The position numbers and the translations under genes were made by a program. The notes below the pieces were generated by a model that was given only the letters and a program-made list of their open reading frames with translations, made no database searches and was not told the origin of the DNA. Shown here piece by piece: positions 30,367 to 41,107 of a stretch of 64,000 nt of DNA. The stretch comes from an uncultured delta proteobacterium (GTDB lineage Bacteria; Desulfobacterota; Syntrophia; Syntrophales; Smithellaceae). The first letter of the stretch is position 1, and the number at the start of each line of letters is the position of its first letter. The stretch covers positions 384,001 to 448,000 of the forward strand of contig CAVWEH010000005.1 of NCBI GenBank assembly GCA_963753975.1. The letters run 5' to 3'.

Positions 30367-31119
30367 CTATTGTTCCTCGTCATTAAAGTTATAAAGGCGT
30401 CATTCAAATCCGCCTTCGGCTGATCGGGACAGGCGTCCGCAATAATTTCCGCGGGGCTGCCAGAAGCCACAATATTACCCTCATTGATCATAACGATCCG
30501 TTCACAAAAACGCGCTTCATCCATGTAGTGCGTAGTGACAAACACCGTAATACCGTCACGGGCAAGCTGCTCGAATAAAATTCCAGAAATGCTGACGAGT
30601 AATCGGATCAACGCCGGATGTCGGCTCATCTAAAACAAGCACTTCCGGCTTGTGTAAAAGCGAACAGCCGAGCGCCAGTCTTTGACGCCAGCCGGGTGGT
30701 AATTCTTTCGTTAAGCGATTTTTTTCTTCTTGCAGCTGTGTCATATTCAAAACCCAATCAATACGCTCCTCCCATTCATCCGGGGGAACGCTGTAAACGC
30801 CAAGATAAAAGCGCAAATTTTCGTAAGGTGTTAAATCTTCATATAAAGAGAATTTCTGCGACATATAACCGATGGAGTGCTTGATTTCTTCCGGCTCGGT
30901 CATGATGTCGTGTCCGGCGACCAAACCCGTACCGGAGGTAGGAGTGATAATGCCGCAAAGCATGCGGATGGTCGTGGATTTTCCGGAGCCGTTGGCGCCC
31001 AGAAATCCGAATATCTCACCTTTTTTTACGGAAAAAGTAATTTTATTGACGGCGATAAAATCGCCGAACTTCTTTTCCAGATTCGTAACTGAAATGGAAT
31101 CAGAACTGGAAAGTGTCAT
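30363..31119 (-). CDS. ABC ATP-binding protein (YbhF-like), frameshift near 30572
   Basis: GANGSGKSTT, YMSQKFSLY, LDEPTSGVDP; VTTHYMDEA continues in another frame after one extra C. Confidence 0.82.
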
Positions 31120-31887
31120 GGACAAGCTCCTTATCCACTTCCTTTATCCTCGCGATCATTGCTTCTTCCAGAGTTGCAAAATTATCGCGCATCACGCCGG
31201 GTGTTGATGATTCCAGAATGACGGCATTGTGCATCAGGGCGAGCTGATCGCATTTTTCGCCTTCGTCCAGATAGGCGGTGGAGACCAGAATTGTCATGCC
31301 TTCCTGTTTCATGTTGTCCAAAATTTCCCAGAATTCGTGCCGCGATACCGGATCAACGCCGTTTGTCGGTTCATCGAGAATCAGCAATTGCGGCTCATGC
31401 ACCAGAACGCAGGCCAGCCCCAGCTTTTGTTTCATGCCGCCGGAAAGATTACCGGCCAGCCTGTCCACAAAAGGCAGTAGATTGGAAAATCCCAGATATT
31501 TATCTTTTCGTCTTTTTTCTTTCGGCGCGGGGAATGGCAAAAATATCCATAAAAAAATCGATATTTTCTTCGACGGTACAAATCCTGATACAGGCCGAAA
31601 CGCTGCGGCATATAACCGATTATATTTTTAATTTTCCTCCGCTCGGTCAGAACATTAAGGCCGTTAACATAAATTTCACCCTGCGAAGGCTTGATCATTG
31701 TGGCAATCAGACGCAGAAGTGTTGATTTGCCGGCTCCGTCGGAACCAACTAAGCCGAAAATATTGCCGCTATCCACATTAAAAGAAACAGCTTTGACCGC
31801 TTCTACAAAATTGAAGCGCATCGAAATATTTTTGACTTCCACCATTGGCAGGGGATTTGATTGAGGCGCGATCATCCGGTACTCCAC
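31100..31887 (-). CDS. ABC ATP-binding protein (YbhF-like), two frameshifts near 31578 and 31515
   Basis: GSDGAGKST, YMPQRFGLYQDL, then TVEENIDFF in a shifted frame, then LSGGMKQKL, LDEPTNGVDP, STAYLDE. Confidence 0.8.
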
Positions 31888-31889
31888 TA

Positions 31890-32904
31890 TTACCGCAACA
31901 AAGCATCTGCAGGCATTCCCGACTTAAGTTCGAAGTCGGGATTAGCGTATGGATATTTTGACCAGATACACGAGCTTTACTCTTTCTTTTTTTGTCTGGA
32001 TGATTTTCGGCGTAAATTCTCCCTCCGGAGAAATGAAAGAAACGACGCCTTTGTAAACTTTACCGGGGAAGGTATCGACTGTGACTTCCGCTTCCTGATT
32101 CGGCTTTACTTTGCCGATCTGAGTTTCATCAACATATATTTTCAAATCGACGCGGGAAAGATCGGAAATAGTAATGACTTCCCTCCCGGGAGTCACGGTT
32201 TCACCGGGTTCAATATCGCGGCTGGTGACCACGCCGTCCATCGGCGATCTCAACAGCGTATAATCCAACTGAATGGAAGCTTGTTTTGCAGTGAGCTTTT
32301 GTCGCATCGATTTGCGGAACGGCCATGTTGCAACATCTTGTTTAGCGGCATCTATTCTGCCGAGATTGCCCTGCGCCAGCTTTAACGAAGATTCGGCTTC
32401 CGCAAGCTTTGATTGCGCCACTTCAAAATTGAGCTTCATCGAATCGCGTTCTTTTTCCGTGACCACGCCTTTTTTAAATAACTCTTCAAACCGTTGGTAA
32501 TTCTTTTCGGCATCTTTCAGATTATCTGCGGCGCTCTTGACGCTGGCCTCGGCTCTGGCCACTTCCGACGGCAGTGTTTTCTTATTAATATCCAGCACTG
32601 TTTCCAGTTGCTGTTTTGATTTTTTCGCCCTGGCGAGATTTGCCCTGGCTTGTTCGTAGCGCGCTTCAAATTCCATCCGGTCGAGCTGGGCGATAATCTG
32701 ATCTTTTTTAACACTTTGCCCTTCCTGAACATTGACTTTAACGACACGTCCGGGTACCTGGAAAGACAAATTAGCCTGTGTTGCTTCGATTGTGCCGGAA
32801 TAAAGAAGTTCTTTTGTGCGGTTATTTTTTTGGCCGAAATAAACAAAAATCCCCACGCCCACAAAGAGAACTATAAACACTATAATGATAATTCTTTTTT
32901 TCAA
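31890..32904 (-). CDS. HlyD-family efflux membrane fusion protein (YbhG-like), with indels
   Basis: SGTIEA, VQEGQ, RSPMDGVV, ISPEGEFTPKIIQT; C-terminus ANPDFELKSGMPAD recovered by removing one C near 31947. Confidence 0.85.
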
Positions 32905-32940
32905 CCTCTCCCTCCATTTTACTCAAGATTAAGTTTCCAT

Positions 32941-33008
32941 GTCATTTCGACACGTGCCCTCGTGTGACCTTCAGGTTATTAGGGTAGAAACACAGTGACG
33001 AGAAATCT
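32941..33008 (+). repeat. GTCATTTCGA...GAGAAATCT REP-like remnant carrying the nested GTGACCTTCAGGTTAT motif
   Basis: Ends are complementary to AGATTTCTCCCTTCGGTCGAAATAAC at 51770-51795; related GTCATTCCG at 48209 and CGGGAATGAC near 41069. Confidence 0.5.
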
Positions 33009-33029
33009 TTCGTTCCAGTATTATCCACT

Positions 33030-33662
33030 CTATTTTTTTATTGCTCGCAACACCAGCCACGCCACCTCATCACCCAGACTGCCTTTTAATTTCTTATCAC
33101 GGGCTTTAACATCTGCCGGCAGCCATACTTGCCGGTCTTTAATCGGCGAACTTTTTTTATAAAAAAGAATCGTGCCCATTATCATCATGTGGATTAGAAA
33201 AGGTACTGTTTCGACAAAGATTTCTTTTGCCCTTCCCTCATCAAGAATACCGACGAGAATTTTAAGGACAGAGACAATATCTTCAACGACGACACGGGGC
33301 AGATGGGCTCCGTCTGCAGCCACCTCCCTCATCATAATCGGCGGTATTTCGGGATTTTTATCGACAGCATCAGCGATAAACAAAATATAGGCTTTGAGCT
33401 TTTCTTCCGGGCTATCTGCTCTGGCTACGGCTTGGGCGATGCCTTGAGCGACATTGCCAATGACTTGATGAATAACATTGGCATAAAGAGTATCTTTATC
33501 GCCGATTTGGTAATAAAGACTGGCTTTGTTCACACCGGCGCGCTCGGCGATTTCATCCACATGCGTTCCGCTGTAGCCATTTTCGGCAAATATCTTCCGT
33601 GCCGCAGTTAAAATTTTTTCGGCGGTCTTGCTTAGTTTTTCATTGCGTACATCTTGTTCCAT
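33030..33662 (-). CDS. TetR/AcrR family regulator
   Basis: ILTAARKIFAENGYSGTHVDEIAERAGVNKASLYY HTH; first gene of the efflux operon. Confidence 0.93.
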   Translation of the reverse strand: MEQDVRNEKLSKTAEKILTAARKIFAENGYSGTHVDEIAERAGVNKASLYYQIGDKDTLYANVIHQVIGNVAQGIAQAVARADSPEEKLKAYILFIADAVDKNPEIPPIMMREVAADGAHLPRVVVEDIVSVLKILVGILDEGRAKEIFVETVPFLIHMMIMGTILFYKKSSPIKDRQVWLPADVKARDKKLKGSLGDEVAWLVLRAIKK

Positions 33663-33686
33663 ATTTTTAACACTTATTAAAGTAAA

Positions 33687-33708
33687 TTAAACTAACCGGT
33701 TAGTTTAA
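33687..33708. promoter_or_regulatory. Probable TetR operator (perfect 22-bp palindrome)
   Basis: TTAAACTAACCGGTTAGTTTAA about 25 bp upstream of the tetR start; TTGACA on the minus strand at 33736-33741. Confidence 0.7.
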
Positions 33709-33848
33709 CTATATAGTTAGATATTTGGAGAAAAATGTCAAGTTGATTTTATATCGTAATTTGCTAGAGTTATATAATAGATATATTTAGCTTTCTAACA
33801 CCCAAGCAATAATAAGCAAACTTCAAATATAAACTACAGGAGGGCCTT

Positions 33849-34052
33849 ATGAGTAAAGAAATCATGGACGTTATTGTTAGCTGGGGACCAATGATTATCC
33901 TCATTGTTGTTTGGCTCTATTTTATGAAAAAATCAGGAAGTACAGGTTACTACACCAATATAGAGAAATCTCTGGCTGAATTGAAACTAATGAATCAAAA
34001 AATTGATAAAATCATCGCTATTATCGAAAAGGATAAAGGAAAAAAATATTGA
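33849..34052 (+). CDS. Small hypothetical membrane protein
   Basis: SD GGAGG, one TM, short coiled tail; stop overlaps the next start. Confidence 0.6.
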   Translation: MSKEIMDVIVSWGPMIILIVVWLYFMKKSGSTGYYTNIEKSLAELKLMNQKIDKIIAIIEKDKGKKY

Positions 34053-34779
34053 AGTGGCTGAGCAATCAACATCTGGTTTTAATGCCCGGATTGGACGGCA
34101 CGGGATTATCCTTCGAGCCGATCCTGCCGTTTCTTCCGGCGGACGCGAAAATTACAATTATTCGTTATCCAACGGACAAACTTCTATCATTTGACGAAAC
34201 TGTGGAATGCGCGACTCACAAATTCCCGCAGGCGTTCCTCCCATCATTATCGCGGAGTCATTTTCGGGACCTGTTGCCATACAAATGATCGGCTCCAGAC
34301 GTGTCCAAGCTAAGGCGCTTATTCTGTGCGCTACTTTTGCCAAATCACCGCGCCCGTTTGTGTGGCGTATTATGCAGTTACTGCGCTTGCCCTTACTCAT
34401 CAGGCCGGATATGCCCAAGCGTTTTTTCAAAATCATCATCGGGGATGATAAACTTATTGCTGAACTTTTGCCGCTGTGGAAAAAGGTGCACGCCGACGTT
34501 CCGGCGCATGTTATGAATCACCGGCTGAAAATTATCAATCACGTGGATGTTACCAGGCGGCTGAAAGAATTACCGGTACCCTGCTGTTATCTACAAGCCA
34601 CAAATGATAGATTGGTACCTTCTTCATGCCTTGAAGATATCAAAAACTATATGCCTCTTTTGGAGGTAAAAAAAATTAACGCCCCGCACTTTATTCTCCA
34701 AGCCCAACCTCAGGCCTGTCTTGAGGCGATTGAAGATTTTATGAAACTTATAAATAAGACGTTTATGACAGCGGATTAG
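34049..34779 (+). CDS. Alpha/beta hydrolase, frameshift near 34215
   Basis: LMPGLDGTG in the first frame; AESFSG nucleophile elbow, DRLVP and APHFILQ in the second. Confidence 0.75.
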
Positions 34780-34803
34780 CTCATCATGCATCCTAACCAT
34801 TTA

Positions 34804-35649
34804 CTACTGTTTATTTTTTTTTAAAGCTTCAAGTCTTTCTCGGGCAAGCATTTCTACAAAATTATTATCAATCGCAGGCTCTGGTCCAATTTCCCCAATA
34901 GCTCTTTGGGTTGGTCCAATTGTCCCAATAGTTGCGGTACTAGCACTACTTATGTTTTTTGATATTGTAACGTCTCTGGCAAGTTTTAACGCCCTAATTT
35001 TTCTTATTTCGTTTTCTAAAAGTTTGCTAATGTCTGCAATTTTTTCCTTCAGATCTTCTTTTTCTTTGCTTCTAGAAACCTTCTCTTCCTCATATTTTTT
35101 GCTTGCTTCGTCATATTGAAATTGTATTCGTGTTATCTCTTTTTCTTTATCTTCAATAATTTTTTGTGAAATTTGAATATCTGTAAGGACCGGAATCACA
35201 TCAGTCCATTCTTGAATTGAATTCACGACATCCTTCTCAACTAGGCCAAGTAAATTAACAATTTCTTCGATATTGTTACGCTTATTTGATGCAACAGATA
35301 TATTTTTAATTTTTTCCACTATGAGAAAAAGACTTCGAACTGCACCTTGTCCTTTTTTCACAAGAACTGTGTCTCCGCTAATTTGTTTATATCTGTCATA
35401 ACACATGGCTCCCATGATCGCTGTAAAAACACTAGAAACTGCACTTAATGCTAAAGATAAATTTTTATTATTGACAAAATAAGATAAAATCAATGCTGGA
35501 AGAAAAATGAAGAGAGAAATAATAACCCAAGGTTGTCCTATTACCTGACCGAATATTTTCCATTGGGGTTTTAGTAACTGCCATAATGATTCATTTGTTG
35601 ATTTGTCTTGATAATTATCTTTTTTCACTTCACTTGATGTTTCTTCCAT
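34804..35649 (-). CDS. Hypothetical AT-rich membrane protein (2 TM plus coiled coil)
   Basis: Long open frame with two hydrophobic helices and a K/E-rich region; no family recognised. Confidence 0.65.
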   Translation of the reverse strand: MEETSSEVKKDNYQDKSTNESLWQLLKPQWKIFGQVIGQPWVIISLFIFLPALILSYFVNNKNLSLALSAVSSVFTAIMGAMCYDRYKQISGDTVLVKKGQGAVRSLFLIVEKIKNISVASNKRNNIEEIVNLLGLVEKDVVNSIQEWTDVIPVLTDIQISQKIIEDKEKEITRIQFQYDEASKKYEEEKVSRSKEKEDLKEKIADISKLLENEIRKIRALKLARDVTISKNISSASTATIGTIGPTQRAIGEIGPEPAIDNNFVEMLARERLEALKKNKQ

Positions 35650-35691
35650 ATATCCACCCAAATCCTTTCTTGCCCAATGCAAACCTAAACA

Positions 35692-38146
35692 TCATCTCTT
35701 TTTACAAAAAACTCTTTTTTTATATATTAATGTTACACGAAGTTTGCATAACCGTTTGTCCGGTGAACCATCATTACTTTTTTTCTTACCCTTGTTCTCC
35801 AGCGCTAGCTTCAGGACTTCCAGCATATCTTCGACAAAATGAAATTTGATGCTTTTTTGCACATTGGCCGGAATATCTTCCATATCTTTGCGGTTCCAGG
35901 CAGGTAGAATTATCGTCTTAATGCCGGCTCGATAAGCGGCAAGCACCTTTTCCTTGATGCCGCCTACGGGAAGCACGGCACCCCGCAGTGTGATTTCACC
36001 CGTCATCGCCAAATCTTTTTTTATCTTGCGATTAGTTAAGCAGTGAAGTGAGCGCTGTAAGCATAGTTACGCCCGCCGAAGGGCCGTCTTTGGGAATCGC
36101 TCCCGCGGGGACATGGATATGAATATCCAAATCCTCGAAGAAATTAGGCGCAATACCCAGGGCTTTGGCGTTGGTGCGGATAAAGCTCAAAGCCGCCGCC
36201 GCCGACTCTTTCATGACATCACCCAATTGACCGGTCAAAGTCAGACCTTTTTTCCCTTTCATAGCGGTCGCTTCGATGAATAACAAATCGCCGCCGACAG
36301 GCGTCCAGGCGAGCCCGATGGCAATTCCGGGTTTGGATATGCGCGCATCGAAATCCGTCGGGACACGAACCGGCCCGAGGTATTTGTGAATCTCGTTGGC
36401 CTTGATTATTTTGGATTTGGTCTTGCCTTCGGCAATCTCCGAAGCGACGCCGCGGCAAACATTGGCGATTTCCCGCTCCAGATTTCTGACTCCGGCTTCT
36501 CTGGTGTAGCCGCAGATGATGCTGTTCAGAGCCGCAGTGGCAATTTTGAGCTCATCGGCGGTTAGGCCGTTTTCGGTTAATTGCCGAGGAATCAGATACC
36601 GCTCGGCTATTTTTACTTTTTCTTCCTGCGTGTAGCCGGTCAATTCGATTACTTCGAGCCTATCGAGAAGCGCCGGAGGTATTGTATCCAGAATATTGGC
36701 CGTGGTGATAAACATAACGTGCGAAAGATCGAACGCCACATCCAGATAGTTATCGGAAAACGAATTATTTTGCTCGGGATCGAGCACCTCCAAAAGCGCC
36801 GAAGAAGGATCGCCGCGGAAATCGCTGCCCACTTTATCGATCTCATCCAGCATGAAAACAGGATTATTGGATTCCGCGCGTCGCAGGCCTTGAATAATGC
36901 GGCCGGGCAAGGCGCCGATGTATGTGCGGCGATGGCCGCGGATTTCCGCTTCGTCGTGGACGCCTCCTAACGACATGCGCACAAATTTGCGTTCCAGCGC
37001 CCGCGCGATGGAATGTCCCAGCGATGTTTTGCCCGTTCCCGGAGGACCGACAAAGCACAAAATCGGCCCTTTGGAATCCGGTTTTAGTTTGCGCACGGAA
37101 AGGTATTCGATAATACGCTTCTTCGCTTTGACCAGTCCGTAGTGGTCTTCATCAAGCACATCTCTGGCTTTTTTGATATCGAGATTATCGGTGGTGGATT
37201 CATTCCACGGCAGGGCGGTAATCCAGTCGAGATATGACGACGATACCGTATATTCCGCGGATGCCGGATTCATGCGGGAGAGACGCTCCAGTTCCCGCAG
37301 AGCTTCTTTTTTCGCTTCCTCAGGAAGCTTTTTATCTTCTATTTTTTTACGGTACTCTTCAGTTTCGACGACGTTTTCCTCGCCCTCGCCTAATTCCTGT
37401 TTGATCGCCTTCAATTGCTGGCGCAGATAATATTCGCGCTGACTTTTATCAATATCGTCTTTGACTTTTGTTTGGATTTTGTTGCCCAACTCCAGAACCT
37501 CCATCTGGTGATTGACCAAACGGGTCAATTCCTTCAGACGCTCTTTTACGTCAACGCTATCCAATATTTTCTGTTTTTCTTCTATAGGTGCATTAATAAT
37601 CGAAGCGACCATGTCGGCCAGTGTGCCCGCTTCGGTGATCGATTTGGCCATTGGACCGAATTCCGGCGGCAAAAAAGGTGAGAGCTTGAGAATACGGTCG
37701 AATAAAACAAGCAAATTAGCCACGAGGGCCTCGGTTTCAATATCTTTGACTTCCTCTTCCTCGATCACTTTGATCCGCGCCTGCTGATAAGGTTTGCCTT
37801 CCACAAGCTCCAATAACTGAAAACGGCTGATGCCCTGTAAAAGCATTTGCGTACGACTATCGGAAGCCTTCGCCATTCTCAAGATAACCGCGCAAGTACC
37901 TATCGGGTGAAAATCTTCCAGCTTGTAGCGGTCTTTCTCACCGGCCAATTCCCTCTTGGCCATAATTAAACCGACCAGCCTATCCTTAGTCATAGCTTCA
38001 TCGACAAGGAGTGAAGAATCGTTCCCTACTATTTCCAGGGGAATCATCATTTTCGGAAACACTAAGGCATTATGCAGCGAAAGCACAGGAAGCACTTCCG
38101 GTATGTTAAATTTTTTATTTTCTTCGTTTTTTATTTGTTCAGCCAT
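35692..38146 (-). CDS. lon: ATP-dependent Lon protease, +1 frameshift near 36036
   Basis: [28 protein letters not shown] (catalytic Ser); removing one A gives [21 protein letters not shown]...GGIKEK. Confidence 0.93.
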
Positions 38147-38185
38147 TAAACCCTCCGGGTTTTGTATCGAAAACTATAGCCTCGA

Positions 38186-38629
38186 TTATCGCTCCTCGAT
38201 TTTTATTTCGATATGGCGCGTTTTATTATCTGCCAATTTGTTAACTCTGATCATCAGCACTCCATCCGCATAAGAAGCGATTGCGGATTCCGCATTCACC
38301 ATTTCCGGCAGGGCAATACTTCTTTCAAAATAGCCTCGCGGTATTTCCGCCAGACGATAGCGAGCGCTTTTTAAATCAGCAACAGCTTTGCGCGCTCCCG
38401 CAATTTTTATTTTTCTATGGTCAATTTCTATATGCAGTTCTTCCTTGTTTAGTCCGGCAAGGTCAGCCAGAATGATAATCTCATCTATTGATTCATAGAC
38501 ATCAACGTTAGGCCGCCAGATTGATTCGTAATATTTAAATACGGGGCTGACCAAATGAAAGACTTCATGCACCGCTTTCTGGAATTCTTCTTCAAAATTA
38601 CTGCCAAACTTAATTTTAATGAAGTTCAT
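38186..38629 (-). CDS. Hsp20/alpha-crystallin small heat shock protein
   Basis: WRPNVDVYE, EIPRGYFERSIALP, ASYADGVL; directly upstream of lon. Confidence 0.9.
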   Translation of the reverse strand: MNFIKIKFGSNFEEEFQKAVHEVFHLVSPVFKYYESIWRPNVDVYESIDEIIILADLAGLNKEELHIEIDHRKIKIAGARKAVADLKSARYRLAEIPRGYFERSIALPEMVNAESAIASYADGVLMIRVNKLADNKTRHIEIKIEER

Positions 38630-38660
38630 TTCTCTCACCTATTAGGTTGATGATTTGCGC

Positions 38661-38998
38661 GTGAAACTCAAATTTCAAAAACATAGTGAATAACCTGAAG
38701 ATCACGTCACCGCTGAAGCTTGCAGGTCGAATTAATGAAACTCGGATATTACAAACGCAGTGCAGTAATATCTGTTAGCTGTAATGAGACTAAAACTTCA
38801 AAAGCAAAGCGCATTGAAGTTTTTTAGTCGAATTATCCCATAGCCAAAGGCTATTGGGGTTATCCCGCTGAAAACGGAGGGTAATGAGACTTAAATTCCG
38901 AAACAAAGTGCATCGGAATTTGTTAGCCGAATTATCCCGCTTAAGCAGGGGCGTCATACTTTACCACCTGGCGGCTTGTCCGAAGGTTGATGCCCCTG
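38661..38998 (+). repeat. Cluster C: four hairpin repeat units plus accessory hairpins
   Basis: Units start near 38661, 38733, 38782 and 38882; additional inverted repeat CAGGGGCGTCA/TGATGCCCCTG at about 38946-38998. Confidence 0.8.
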
Positions 38999-39243
38999 GA
39001 TAACGATTACTCACAAAATATAGTGCTCGACCGCCGATTTGTAAAGACTATCTTTAAAAATAATATTCCCCCCACCGAAAATAAGTAAAAAAGAAAAAAC
39101 TGGCTAAATAACAATCTTTTTGTTATGGAAGCGCGTTCAAAGGAAGAAAGGCTTGGCCCATCCCCAGTTAAAATTGGTTACATTCCAGCCGTATCTATCG
39201 AGAAAACCAGTTCCCAAAAGATGAGCTGAAGAAATTTAGATTG

Positions 39244-41061
39244 ATGAAAAAAAATCATATAAGGAATATTGCCATAATTTCCCATGTTGATCACGGCAAA
39301 ACCACACTGCTTAACGCCATGTTGAAGCAAACGGGAGTATTCCGTGCAAATCAAGCAGTCGAGGACCGAGTGATGGATTCGCTGGATTTGGAAAAAGAGC
39401 GAGGCATCACTATCATGGCAAAAAATACCGCGGTTGATTACGACGGCGTAAAAATCAATATTGTGGATACGCCCGGCCACGCTGATTTCGGCGGCGAGGT
39501 GGAGAGAAGCCTGAACATGGTGGACGGTGCGATTCTTTTAGTCGATGCGAGCGAAGGCCCCCTGCCGCAGACACGTTTCGTACTGAAAAAGGCACTGGCG
39601 CTGCATCTGCCCATTATTTTAGTTATCAATAAAATTGATCGTTCTGATGCACGCATCGACGAAGTAATCAACGATACCTACGATCTCTTTATTGATTTAG
39701 GCGCCGAAGAAAAGCAAATCGAATTTCCGATACTTTATACTAACGCCAAAATCGGAGTCAGCCATAAAAAAATCGGCGATGACAGTGCCGACCTGCGGCC
39801 ACTGCTGCAGACGATTATCGACTATATACCCGCGCCGCGAGGAAACGATGAAGACGTCCCGCAGTTTCTCGTTACCAATCTGGATTATGATCCTTATGTG
39901 GGGCAAATTGCCGTCGGCCGTCTGCAAAACGGCAGGCTGGAGATGAACAATAATTATAGCCTTTGCACCAAGGAAAAGATAATTCCCGGCATCAAGTTCA
40001 CCGCGCTTTATACTTTTTACGGCCTGACAAAAAAGTCCGCCATGAGCGTTGAATCCGGGGATATTATCGCTTTATCCGGTGTGGAAAATGTCAGTATCGG
40101 TGATACTATATCATCTCTATCCGATCCCCGCCCGCTGCCCCGACTGCAGGTGGATGAGCCGACCGTATCCATGATGTTTTACGTCAATGACAGCCCTTTT
40201 GCCGGGAAAGAAGGAAAATATCTTACCTCGCGGCACTTGCTGGAGAGGCTGGAAAAAGAGGCCTTGAGAAATGTCGCCATTAAAATTAAAAAGCTGGAAA
40301 GAACAGACGCGTTCGAGGTTTGCGGACGCGGCGAACTGCAAATGGCGGTATTAATCGAAACCATGCGCCGCGAAGGCTATGAACTAATGGTATCACGCCC
40401 GCGGGTAATTACCAGAGAACAAAACGGCAAAACTTATGAGCCGGTGGAAAGGTTATTTCTGGACATACCGGAAGACTTTGTGGGAAAAATTACAGAAAAA
40501 TTGTCCATCAGAAAAGGGCGTATGGAAGGTCTTGTTAATAAAGGTAGCGGGAGAGTCAGCATGGAATTTTTGATTCCATCCCGCGGATTGATCGGTTTTC
40601 GCAGCCAGTTTCTGACCGATACCAAAGGCGGCGGAGTTATGAATTCGCTATTGGAAGATTATGCGCCCTGGTTCGGCTCTATTCCTCAACGCATGACCGG
40701 TGCATTAGTTGCTGACCGTTCCGGCCGTGTTACATCTTACGCGAGCTTTGCGATGGAAGACCGCGGAGAAATGATCGTAGAAATCGGGACGGAAGTTTAC
40801 GCGGGCATGGTCGTGGGAGAGCGCAACCGCTCGAGCGATCTTAACGTGAATATTACCAAAGAGAAGAAACTGACTAACATGCGGGCTTCCACATCCGATA
40901 CGACAATAATTTTGCGGCCGCCGCGAATTTTATCTTTAGACCAGGCGATCGAGTTCATTGCCGAAGATGAGTTGGTGGAAGTAACGCCCGAAAGCATCCG
41001 CCTGAGAAAAATGGAGCTCGACGCCACCAAGCGCCAGCAGAAGAGCCGTAAAGACGATTAA
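39244..41061 (+). CDS. typA: Translational GTPase TypA/BipA
   Basis: [55 protein letters not shown]. Confidence 0.97.
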   Translation: MKKNHIRNIAIISHVDHGKTTLLNAMLKQTGVFRANQAVEDRVMDSLDLEKERGITIMAKNTAVDYDGVKINIVDTPGHADFGGEVERSLNMVDGAILLVDASEGPLPQTRFVLKKALALHLPIILVINKIDRSDARIDEVINDTYDLFIDLGAEEKQIEFPILYTNAKIGVSHKKIGDDSADLRPLLQTIIDYIPAPRGNDEDVPQFLVTNLDYDPYVGQIAVGRLQNGRLEMNNNYSLCTKEKIIPGIKFTALYTFYGLTKKSAMSVESGDIIALSGVENVSIGDTISSLSDPRPLPRLQVDEPTVSMMFYVNDSPFAGKEGKYLTSRHLLERLEKEALRNVAIKIKKLERTDAFEVCGRGELQMAVLIETMRREGYELMVSRPRVITREQNGKTYEPVERLFLDIPEDFVGKITEKLSIRKGRMEGLVNKGSGRVSMEFLIPSRGLIGFRSQFLTDTKGGGVMNSLLEDYAPWFGSIPQRMTGALVADRSGRVTSYASFAMEDRGEMIVEIGTEVYAGMVVGERNRSSDLNVNITKEKKLTNMRASTSDTTIILRPPRILSLDQAIEFIAEDELVEVTPESIRLRKMELDATKRQQKSRKDD

Positions 41062-41107
41062 TTAAGTCCGGGAATGACCGCGTCAGTTCCTGCAAATTCA
41101 ATAATTT

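Noticed and set aside
34745..34800. Further attC/cassette boundary (GACGTTTATGAC...CCTAAC)
   Set aside because: No pairing L boxes or matching R' could be found.
35692..36060. Programmed frameshift or separate Lon C-terminal gene
   Set aside because: No slippery site at the break, and neighbouring genes show the same one-base insertions; an assembly error is simpler.
38661..38952. Tandem repeat units as a CRISPR array
   Set aside because: The variable parts are self-complementary and related to each other, the repeats are degenerate with irregular spacing, and no cas genes are present.
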